A stretch of 18,069 bases of DNA from assembly GCA_041586955.1 (NCBI GenBank), contig JBFGZE010000072.1, positions 1 through 18,069 of the forward strand. Direction: 5' to 3'. The DNA is from Bacteriovoracaceae bacterium (GTDB lineage: Bacteria > Bdellovibrionota > Bacteriovoracia > Bacteriovoracales > Bacteriovoracaceae). The notes under the pieces are model-generated. The model made no database searches. It saw only the letters and a program-made list of their open reading frames with translations, and had not been told where the DNA came from. Position numbers and translations under genes: made by a program. Shown piece after piece: positions 8,136 through 14,480 of the stretch (position 1 is the first letter of the stretch; each line of letters begins with the position of its first letter).

Positions 8136-8633
8136 TTAACGTACTTGGCAGGAAGAAGAGCCCTTATTGAGGTGATCCACTCTAAAGTGGTTATTACCAA
8201 AAGTAGAGTAGGACTCTCCACAAATCCCATAGAAAGTGAATACCCTTATAAAGTCTGTGCCCGTCTCACCCACTTTTGGCGCCTCACAGGTTTCTTCGTC
8301 ATTTTTACGCAATAAACTTGTCGTGGCATAACAATTCCCCCACGATACTTGATCTTGCGACTTCTCGCGCCAACCAACAGAAGACATCCCAGCATTCATG
8401 AGACCGGTGTTTTTCCATCGTATTAAATCTGTCGAAACTGGAGCGGTGGAATTACCACTTAGTAGATAATAGAAATATCGCCTCGTTGCTTTCTGTTGGT
8501 TTATTGACCCATTCAGCGAATTCCCAAAGGTCGTTAATAATGAAAAAGCGAGCATCAAAAACGGAATAAAAATAAGAAACTCAAAAATGGCCTGCCCACT
8601 ATCATTATTATTTTTAAATTCATCAGCAGCCAT
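8136..8633 (-). CDS. TadE/TadF-like minor pilin (165 aa)
   Basis: Class III signal SG|QAIFEF followed by a hydrophobic helix and a Cys-containing C-domain. ATG 8633 overlaps the upstream stop region; 8660 is an alternative start. Confidence 0.8.
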   Translation of the reverse strand: MAADEFKNNNDSGQAIFEFLIFIPFLMLAFSLLTTFGNSLNGSINQQKATRRYFYYLLSGNSTAPVSTDLIRWKNTGLMNAGMSSVGWREKSQDQVSWGNCYATTSLLRKNDEETCEAPKVGETGTDFIRVFTFYGICGESYSTFGNNHFRVDHLNKGSSSCQVR

Positions 8634-9204
8634 TATCTGAAATCGTGGTAAACATTTCACAACTCCCTCCTACTGCTTTCATCGCCGAACAAATGCGATC
8701 GACACATTCGGCCCGTGTAGGCTCTCTTCCCAAGAATGACTCTGATTTTAAATTCATTTCCCTTCTGGATCCAAAGAACGGCAAATAGAATGAATCCTTA
8801 TATTCGGAGTAATTTCCGATAAACAGCGGATTATTGGCATCTCCCGGGTAAAGTACTTTAAGGTCATTTTTGAAACCAGAGATAAAGTTTTGGATTTGAT
8901 AATGTTCAAAGACCTCCTTTGCCCTGTCCATAGCACTGGAGTCTGAGCCTGATGGCCTATTACTATTTACATCCACAACAAGAAAGGCCCTGCTGGCCAT
9001 ATAAGTCGCGTAATGAACAAGATAGCCATTGGTATATGAAAAGCCGAGTTTAGCAAAAGAAACGACAAACCCAAGGGACAAGGCCAATGCCAGAATAAAC
9101 TCAATCGTGGCCTGCCCTCGCTCGCTCTTATGGATAGGACGATCCCGTCGTAAAGAATCTCGATTTCCCTTCGTTTTTATTACTGAACGTCTCATGATCA
9201 CCAT
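8623..9204 (-). CDS. TadE-like minor pilin
   Basis: RG|QATIEFILAL prepilin motif and TadE-type LVHYATYMASR. Three C-terminal Cys plus a terminal Cys. Start is 9204, 9201 or 9195. Confidence 0.85.
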   Translation of the reverse strand: MVIMRRSVIKTKGNRDSLRRDRPIHKSERGQATIEFILALALSLGFVVSFAKLGFSYTNGYLVHYATYMASRAFLVVDVNSNRPSGSDSSAMDRAKEVFEHYQIQNFISGFKNDLKVLYPGDANNPLFIGNYSEYKDSFYLPFFGSRREMNLKSESFLGREPTRAECVDRICSAMKAVGGSCEMFTTISDNGC

Positions 9205-9448
9205 CGTAGCTAGAACTGTCCTCTAGCCCTTCTCTTCCATGCCTATAAGAATATTCTAACCTTTTACTTAAATTTGTGAAATAACTTGAATCCTCCGAGA
9301 AAAAAGACTGAAATAGTTTAGAATTATAAATAACATTGAAAATAGTAAAGACAACTATCATCACTAATAGATACTCGACCAAAGACTGACCATTTTGATC
9401 GCTTTTTATTTTAAGAGTGTTTTTATATTCCATCCAAATAAAATCCAA
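9128..9448 (-). CDS. Flp/TadE-like minor pilin (about 101-106 aa)
   Basis: NG|QSLVEYLLVMIVVF prepilin motif (Flp-type EY). Start is 9448 or 9433. Confidence 0.8.
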   Translation of the reverse strand: MDFIWMEYKNTLKIKSDQNGQSLVEYLLVMIVVFTIFNVIYNSKLFQSFFSEDSSYFTNLSKRLEYSYRHGREGLEDSSSYDGDHETFSNKNEGKSRFFTTGSSYP

Positions 9449-9909
9449 GTTAAAAATATGACCGGTGCAAAGGTGAGTTTCTTACCATAAACCCCTCTAA
9501 TCAAACTGAGTTGGTTATAGCGAAACGCATAAACTATTTTTTTTGCATCTTTTATCGTATTAAATATTAATACCGTTATTCCAAAGACTACCGTTAAAAT
9601 AATAAGTGATAATAAAGTTTTTTCATGCAGATGACTCGGAATCATTAAATAGAACGAGCATAAATATTTGGTATCCCCCGAACCCATAATCTTCACGACA
9701 AATAGAAAAAATCCTACAAATAAAAAAACGATGGGATAAAAAAAGGTAATGAGATTAAATTGATAATAATCTGGAAAGATGACACAAAATATAAAATAGC
9801 ATCCGATATTTAAAAATACCCATGCATTTTTGATTTTTTTTGTTTTGATATCAAAATAGGAAATAACCATTAATTGTATTAAGACAAAAAAATAGATGGA
9901 TAAAGGCAT
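9406..9909 (-). CDS. cpaA: Prepilin peptidase TadV/CpaA (A24 family)
   Basis: Small polytopic membrane protein with both catalytic Asp motifs (SYFDIK and MGSGDTK) and a C-terminal TFAPVI motif. Confidence 0.9.
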   Translation of the reverse strand: MPLSIYFFVLIQLMVISYFDIKTKKIKNAWVFLNIGCYFIFCVIFPDYYQFNLITFFYPIVFLFVGFFLFVVKIMGSGDTKYLCSFYLMIPSHLHEKTLLSLIILTVVFGITVLIFNTIKDAKKIVYAFRYNQLSLIRGVYGKKLTFAPVIFLTWILFGWNIKTLLK

Positions 9910-9912
9910 AAC

Positions 9913-10122
9913 CTACAACCTATTTACAAAGGCGTCATAAAAACAATATTCCTTACAGACTCCGGTACTTAAGTATTGAGTGAGAACAAAATTAAGACTA
10001 TTAAGGGAATTAGTCAGATTATCTTTCATTAATGCGAATATATTCACGGCCAAAAACCCCAAAAATCCAAATAGCAAAATGAATTCAATCAAGGCCTGAC
10101 CACGAGAATTAGTGCTAATCAT
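9913..10122 (-). CDS. Small TadE/Flp-like pilin (69 aa)
   Basis: RG|QALIEFILLFGFLGFLAV prepilin motif and C-terminal CxxxC. Confidence 0.8.
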   Translation of the reverse strand: MISTNSRGQALIEFILLFGFLGFLAVNIFALMKDNLTNSLNSLNFVLTQYLSTGVCKEYCFYDAFVNRL

Positions 10123-10128
10123 AAATAG

Positions 10129-10137
10129 ATTGTAACA
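10129..10137 (-). promoter_or_regulatory. Extended -10 promoter, leaderless start for 10122
   Basis: Minus strand TGT-TACAAT-ctattt-ATG, no SD. Confidence 0.55.
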
Positions 10138-10160
10138 AATTAGTGAATACTAACCGAGGA

Positions 10161-10195
10161 GAGAAAATATTTCTCAACAGCATGAATTATTGAGA
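10161..10195 (-). terminator. Stem-loop after flp (weak terminator or mRNA stabiliser)
   Basis: Minus strand TCTCAATA-8nt-TGTTGAGA followed by AATATTTTCTC, 10 nt after the flp stop. The U tract is imperfect. Confidence 0.45.
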
Positions 10196-10205
10196 GTACT
10201 CGACC

Positions 10206-10385
10206 TTAAAAGTTTATCTTACTGTCAGCATTTTCGAAAACTTTATTTGTTAAGCCTTCTAATCGTTCAACAGCAATGTCTTTAAATCGAAACACAATCA
10301 TCGCGACAACCGCGACCAATAGAATGTACTCTACTGATGTTTGACCTTCTTCATCACGAAGAAATTCAATGATCTTCTTCATCAT
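10206..10385 (-). CDS. flp: Flp major pilin (59 aa; 58 aa from ATG 10382), absent from the ORF track
   Basis: Hand translation gives MMKKIIEFLRDEEG|QTSVEYILLVAVVAMIVFRFKDIAVERLEGLTNKVFENADSKINF*. It has the canonical Flp motif FLRDEEGxxxxEY and SD AAGGGGAG. Confidence 0.97.
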   Translation of the reverse strand: MMKKIIEFLRDEEGQTSVEYILLVAVVAMIVFRFKDIAVERLEGLTNKVFENADSKINF

Positions 10386-10422
10386 TCTCCCCTTAGCCTT
10401 TATGCAAGTATGTGCATTTTGC

Positions 10423-10449
10423 CTATCGGCGTAAAGACCAAAATTCTTA
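10423..10449 (-). promoter_or_regulatory. FliA (sigma28)-type promoter for flp
   Basis: Minus strand TAAG-aattttggtctttac(15)-GCCGATAG against consensus TAAA-N15-GCCGATAA. Confidence 0.85.
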
Positions 10450-10513
10450 AATTAGTATGCAAAGCACTTGTATTTATTATAACATCACGCGTCAAAAATA
10501 ACAAGCAAGGGGC

Positions 10514-10526
10514 TAACCTACTGATT
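10514..10526. promoter_or_regulatory. IHF-like binding site between the divergent flp and 6S promoters
   Basis: Minus strand AATCAGTAGGTTA matches WATCARnnnnTTR exactly, flanked by A/T tracts. Confidence 0.4.
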
Positions 10527-10587
10527 TAAGGAAAATAATTTTTAAACTTTGAGATGACCATGGATAGGCGTTTTCAGCAGATTGGGT

Positions 10588-10593
10588 TATAAT
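10588..10593 (+). promoter_or_regulatory. sigma70 -10 box of the 6S RNA gene
   Basis: Perfect TATAAT 6 nt before the start of the closing stem. No good -35. Confidence 0.65.
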
Positions 10594-10599
10594 GCTATT

Positions 10600-10772
10600 G
10601 GGTCTTGTGGGGCAATTTACAGTTTCGCCCTACACATTTTATTAGGGAAGCGATCCCTGATCATGGTGAGCAAGCTCACACCGCGGTGCGGATTATAGTG
10701 AGAAGCCTAAAGTGATTACCAATCGCATCCACCTGTCATATGGCGGGCGGAACCAAGAGCACCACAAGACCT
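10600..10772 (+). ncRNA. ssrS: 6S RNA (SsrS)
   Basis: ~173-nt rod. GGTCTTGTGG (10601-10610) pairs with CCACAAGACC (10762-10771) and GTTTCGCCC (10622-10630) with GGGCGGAAC (10745-10753). A central bubble follows, then GCGAT/ATCGC and CTCAC/GTGAG. GGTGAGCAAGCTC, GAGAAGCCTAAA and CATCCACCT resemble E. coli 6S segments as I recall them (GGTGAGCATGCTC, GAGAAGCCTTAAA, CATTCACCT). Confidence 0.9.
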
Positions 10773-10781
10773 TTTCTAAGA

Positions 10782-10811
10782 TTTGACATTATCTGTTGTC
10801 AAAACCATCAT
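10782..10811 (+). promoter_or_regulatory. sigma70 promoter (TTGACA-N17-CATCAT) overlapped by the palindrome TTTGACA-N8-TGTCAAA
   Basis: TTGACA at 10783-10788, CATCAT at 10806-10811, ATG at 10819. The inverted repeat spans 10782-10803. Confidence 0.55.
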
Positions 10812-10818
10812 ATATAAT

Positions 10819-11355
10819 ATGAATAAACTAATTCCCGAAATTGATAATTATTCTCTCAAGTGGATTGAAAATTTGGCCCTTGAAGAGGTCAATATGGATG
10901 AATCAGGTGTTGTAAATATTAACAACCACTTGGATCCCATTCACCTTTTAGAGGAGTCATCCATAACTTTTATGGATAATCTACGGGAAAAAACTGAATT
11001 ATATGTTAATAAGTTCAATGAATACCGTGGAAGCAAAGGCTCAGGTTCCCAAATTAAAATCTTTAAAATATCAAATACTGTTAACGATTTCATGCTTTTT
11101 AGAAACTCTTTAAGGCTTATCTTTGCTCGTAAATCTAATGATCTGGTTTCCATTGGTTTTTTAGCTAATGGTAAAGATATTTTTGCACCCCGTCTCACCC
11201 AGAACGATTCTATGGGCCAAGGGGGATTGCACGAAGTGCGGGCGCATATAGGACCATTTAATAAAATTACTTGGCGCTTTCAAGGTGAAATTGTTGATCT
11301 AGATGCGATGGCCAGACATTATCTTTCAGAGTTTATTAAAAACTCAGCACGCTAG
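10819..11355 (+). CDS. Hypothetical soluble protein (178 aa)
   Basis: Long ORF with protein-like composition and no recognisable motif. The track's TTG 10783 is the -35 box, so ATG 10819 is preferred. Confidence 0.8.
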   Translation: MNKLIPEIDNYSLKWIENLALEEVNMDESGVVNINNHLDPIHLLEESSITFMDNLREKTELYVNKFNEYRGSKGSGSQIKIFKISNTVNDFMLFRNSLRLIFARKSNDLVSIGFLANGKDIFAPRLTQNDSMGQGGLHEVRAHIGPFNKITWRFQGEIVDLDAMARHYLSEFIKNSAR

Positions 11356-12329
11356 ATAAATATTATCCCATCTCCTTTATTCTTTTTGCTGCCTTTTTCT
11401 TCGGCTCCATTAAATCTTTTATGTGTAAATTTAAGGGAGTCCTCGATAGATGGCATTTCAATATTAAGGAAGCCCTCAAGGTTAGTAACATCCATTTTAT
11501 AGGCCATTTTTTCTTTTTTATCTCCAAGGCCTGTATCCGATAAAATCGGAATCTCCCATTTCGATCTTGCTAATAATTGCTCAGCAAACCCAAATTCATT
11601 TGAATATTTTTTAGCAAATTCATAGATACTTCCCATATCACTGGAGCTCACATGAAATAATCTATTCAACACTCCCTTTTCAATACACATATGAAGTAAT
11701 GCCGCTAAAAAATAGATATCGAGAAAGCCGGTTTTAATATAATCATCACAGGCAGTATTAATATTCAACTTGAGCCGCTTCTCAATCAGCTCAAACCAAT
11801 TACGCTTTTTAAAATCCATACCTCTTCCATATAAACGGCATGTTCTAAAGATAAGGTAATTTAACGACGTTTTTTGAACGTAAAACTCTCCTGAAGCTTG
11901 GGTTTTACCATATACAGTATTGGGGTCAGGAATATCCATTTCCAAATACGTTTTTTCATCTCCAGAAAAAACATTAAATGAAGAAAGATAAATAATTTGT
12001 GATTTATAGCGCATACAAAAGTCTGTCGCACTAAATAGCCCGCTCGTATTAAGGGCCTCAGCAAGATGCTCATTTTCATGGCAATCAATAATTGAGCTAA
12101 GCCCTGCAGCATAAATGGTAATATCTGGTCGCGTTTTATAAATGGCGAATTGGATTTCGTCACTATTCAAAACATCACACTTCATCGTTAATATACCAGG
12201 TATCTTCACTGGATTATTACAATAGGTTCCAATCACTCTGTAATGGTTCTTGAAGTATTCTGCGAGATTTGCCCCTACGAAAGAGGAAATGCCAATAATT
12301 AGTATCGTTTTAGGTGTTTTGGTTGTCAT
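11352..12329 (-). CDS. RmlD/RfbD-like extended SDR (NAD-dependent epimerase/reductase fold) with degenerate catalytic motifs
   Basis: N-terminal Rossmann ILIIGISSFVG, RPDITIYAAG, Y.E.D.PDPNTVYGKTQ..GE and LIFRTCRLYG. ATG 12329 is preferred over TTG 12347. Confidence 0.85.
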   Translation of the reverse strand: MTTKTPKTILIIGISSFVGANLAEYFKNHYRVIGTYCNNPVKIPGILTMKCDVLNSDEIQFAIYKTRPDITIYAAGLSSIIDCHENEHLAEALNTSGLFSATDFCMRYKSQIIYLSSFNVFSGDEKTYLEMDIPDPNTVYGKTQASGEFYVQKTSLNYLIFRTCRLYGRGMDFKKRNWFELIEKRLKLNINTACDDYIKTGFLDIYFLAALLHMCIEKGVLNRLFHVSSSDMGSIYEFAKKYSNEFGFAEQLLARSKWEIPILSDTGLGDKKEKMAYKMDVTNLEGFLNIEMPSIEDSLKFTHKRFNGAEEKGSKKNKGDGIIFI

Positions 12330-12335
12330 AGAATT

Positions 12336-12341
12336 ATTATA
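12336..12341 (-). promoter_or_regulatory. -10 box giving a leaderless transcript for the SDR gene
   Basis: Minus strand TATAAT-aattct-ATG, no SD, just downstream of the flagellin terminator. Confidence 0.55.
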
Positions 12342-12355
12342 GCGCAAATAAACGT

Positions 12356-12390
12356 AAAAATGCCCTAGCTTTATTCAAAGCCTAGGGCAT
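12356..12390 (-). terminator. Rho-independent terminator after the flagellin pair
   Basis: ATGCCCTAG (12360-12368) / CTAGGGCAT (12382-12390) with inner CTTT/AAAG. A T-run follows on the minus strand. Confidence 0.85.
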
Positions 12391-12402
12391 AATGTTTAAT
12401 AC

Positions 12403-13239
12403 TTAACCATTAAGTAACTTGAGGGCTATATTCGGAAATTGGTTTGCCTGCGACAGTACCGAAGTTCCTGCCTGGACAAGAATATTATTCTTGGCCATTT
12501 TAGCTGTCTCTGATGCAATATCAACGTCCCGAATTCTTGAGTTCGCCGCACTAAGGTTCTCATCACTGATTGCCAAATTACTAATGACCGATGACAACCG
12601 GTTTTGAGTTGCCCCAAGCTCGGCGCGAATTCCGTTAACACGTACAAGAGCATCATCCAATTTCTGAAGAGATAGTTGCGCGCCCTCTTTTGACGCAACT
12701 GTCTCTGCTTCCAAACCGAGTCCGGCCAAAGTCGAAGTGGCCATCGTCCCATCATAGCGAAGTCTGTCGAGCATAGGGTCATTATGTACCCCAACTTGGA
12801 ACTCAAGTATTCCCGATTGACCGTTAAGTAACTTTGTTCCATTAAACTCTGAAGACCTGGAGATTCTATCCAATTCTTCCTTAAGTTGCTGGAACTCAAT
12901 ATCGGTAAAACTACGTTCTTGAGCGCCGACAGTATCGGTGGCCGCTTGGACTGAAAGCTCCCTAAGCCTAATGATGATATTTGATATCTCATTTAATCCA
13001 CCTTCCGCTGTTTGTATTAGAGAGATAGCATCGTTAGCATTTCGCTTTGCTTGCCTACCACCTCTAATCTGGGCCCTTAAGTTTTCACTTATCGCTAACC
13101 CGGCTGCATCATCACTTGATCGCGTAATACGCAACCCTGATGATAATTTTCTTAAATTGCTATTTAGTTGATTCGTATTATTAGCCAATGTTCTCTGTGC
13201 CGAAATCGACGGAACATTGGTGTTTATTCGAAGTCCCAT
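12403..13239 (-). CDS. fliC: Flagellin (278 aa, D0-D1 only)
   Basis: MGLRINTNV, KLSSGLRI....DDAAGLAISE, QTAEGGL, RAELGATQNRL and SRIRDVD.A.E...NIL.QAG.SVL.QAN motifs. SD AAGGAG. Confidence 0.98.
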   Translation of the reverse strand: MGLRINTNVPSISAQRTLANNTNQLNSNLRKLSSGLRITRSSDDAAGLAISENLRAQIRGGRQAKRNANDAISLIQTAEGGLNEISNIIIRLRELSVQAATDTVGAQERSFTDIEFQQLKEELDRISRSSEFNGTKLLNGQSGILEFQVGVHNDPMLDRLRYDGTMATSTLAGLGLEAETVASKEGAQLSLQKLDDALVRVNGIRAELGATQNRLSSVISNLAISDENLSAANSRIRDVDIASETAKMAKNNILVQAGTSVLSQANQFPNIALKLLNG

Positions 13240-13455
13240 AATTAATCTCCTTCAAACATGCCTTACCTCCTGTAAAATACGAGCACTTCTTGTGCAAGAT
13301 ATTGTTAATATTAAAATCAGTTTTTTTGGTTAAATATTAAACATTTAAAATTTTATTTACTAAGCAATCAACTCCTGCAAGAAAGCCAACTGCATTAACT
13401 TCTTTATCCGTTCGGTCCTAACATAAAAACCTCCATTAAGTTAAACTTGTTTCCA
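13240..13455 (-). promoter_or_regulatory. GGA-rich inter-flagellin spacer (putative CsrA sites) with two SD-led mini-ORFs
   Basis: Seven GGA on the minus strand and none on the plus strand. Hairpin TTAC-AGGAG-GTAA at 13263-13275. Confidence 0.55.
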
Positions 13456-14304
13456 TTACATCTGAGACGCAGCTTGAATTAAGCTCAAGGCATTCTTCGT
13501 TGAAGAGTTCGCCTGCGCTAATACAGATGTCCCTGCTGTCATAAGAATATTATTCCTAGTCAGCTCGGCTGTTTCAGCGGCAACATCCGTGTCCCTAACC
13601 CTTGAGTTAGCGGCAGACATGTTTTCAACAGAAACTGCGATATTGTTAATGGTCGATTGTAAACGGTTTTGTAACGCACCAAAGTCTGCTCTAATTCCAG
13701 AAACTGAAATAATCGCCTGGTCAATCGCTGACAATGAATTCTGAGCAGAAATTTTATCTGCAACAGAAGCGAGATTGAGACCAAGAGCAGCGACGTTAAC
13801 ATCAGCAGATGAAGCATCAAATGTTAAACGATCTGAAATGGGGTCATTACGGGTACCAATTTGTATATCAAATACAGCACCAGTTCCGTTTAATAATGGA
13901 ACACGGTTAAATTCTGTTGAGTTTGCAATACGATCAACTTCAGAAGTTAATTGTTCAAATTCAACATTGAGAAATTTTCTTTCCGTTGGCCCAATGGTAT
14001 CAGAAGCGGCTTGCACAGATAGTTCTCTTAATCTAATAAGGATACTTGAAATTTCTGTTAACGCACCTTCAGCAATTTGAACGAGTGAAATACCATCTTC
14101 TGCATTCCGTTCTGCTTGCTTTAGACCTCTAATTTGTGCCTTTAGGTTTTCTGAAATCGCGAGGCCTGCAGCATCGTCACCGGCCCTGTTGATTCGTTGC
14201 CCTGAAGACAATTTTTCCAACGACTGGTTTAATGCCAAACGTGTCCCGCGTAAGTTTCTCTGAGCGTTCAGAGAGGCAACGTTTGTGTTGATTCGAAGTC
14301 CCAT
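13456..14304 (-). CDS. fliC: Flagellin (282 aa, D0-D1 only)
   Basis: MGLRINTNVASLNAQRNL, KLSSGQRINRAGDDAAGLAISE, RADFGALQNRL and SRVRDTDVAAE motifs. SD AAGGAGG. Confidence 0.98.
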   Translation of the reverse strand: MGLRINTNVASLNAQRNLRGTRLALNQSLEKLSSGQRINRAGDDAAGLAISENLKAQIRGLKQAERNAEDGISLVQIAEGALTEISSILIRLRELSVQAASDTIGPTERKFLNVEFEQLTSEVDRIANSTEFNRVPLLNGTGAVFDIQIGTRNDPISDRLTFDASSADVNVAALGLNLASVADKISAQNSLSAIDQAIISVSGIRADFGALQNRLQSTINNIAVSVENMSAANSRVRDTDVAAETAELTRNNILMTAGTSVLAQANSSTKNALSLIQAASQM

Positions 14305-14329
14305 GACTTATCCTCCTTGATACTGGGTT

Positions 14330-14352
14330 TCAATGAGAATCCTTCTCATTGA
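14330..14352 (-). promoter_or_regulatory. 5'-UTR hairpin with GGA loop (CsrA-type site)
   Basis: Perfect 10-bp stem TCAATGAGAA-GGA-TTCTCATTGA on the minus strand, about 11 nt before the SD. Confidence 0.75.
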
Positions 14353-14394
14353 TGAACTAAATGAATAATGACCCATATAGTTCCTTCTATTAAC

Positions 14395-14421
14395 TTTTCG
14401 TTCAAAAAATGAGAGTCTTTA
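14395..14421 (-). promoter_or_regulatory. FliA (sigma28)-type promoter for flagellin
   Basis: Minus strand TAAA-gactctcattttttg(15)-AACGAAAA. Perfect -35 and spacing, CGA core kept, -10 otherwise degenerate. Confidence 0.6.
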
Positions 14422-14480
14422 ACTAAGCTTCTTTCTAATTTTTGAAGGGAAAATAATTCCTCTCTCTAACCCAAAAGAGA

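Noticed and set aside
1800..9226. Alternative-frame and antisense ORFs inside the YD and tad genes (1800, 2162, 2655, 2770, 3936, 4890, 5770, 6421, 7060, 7422, 7719, 8754, 9029)
   Set aside because: All lie within well-supported genes and have no motifs or RBS.
10504..10519. Second sigma54 promoter upstream of flp (minus strand AGGTTAGCCCCTTGCT)
   Set aside because: GG-N10-GC spacing and TTGCT fit, but the -24 box is far from TGGCAC and the site is explained equally well by the IHF-like motif.
10341..10529. 62-aa plus-strand ORF
   Set aside because: Overlaps flp and its promoter in antisense, with a TTG start and no features.
10600..10772. Riboswitch, tRNA or SRP/tmRNA interpretation of the structured RNA
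   Set aside because: No cloverleaf or c-di-GMP (GEMM) motifs. End-to-end pairing with a central bubble fits 6S.
12426..12992. 188-aa same-strand alternative-frame ORF within flagellin (also 12419, 12938, 13560, 13775)
   Set aside because: Entirely nested in conserved flagellin genes, with no SD or recognisable domain. Likely a by-product of codon usage.
13282..13297. sigma54-like TTGCACAAGAAGTGCT before the second flagellin
   Set aside because: The invariant GG at -24 is TG. It is better read as a small GCAC/GTGC hairpin.
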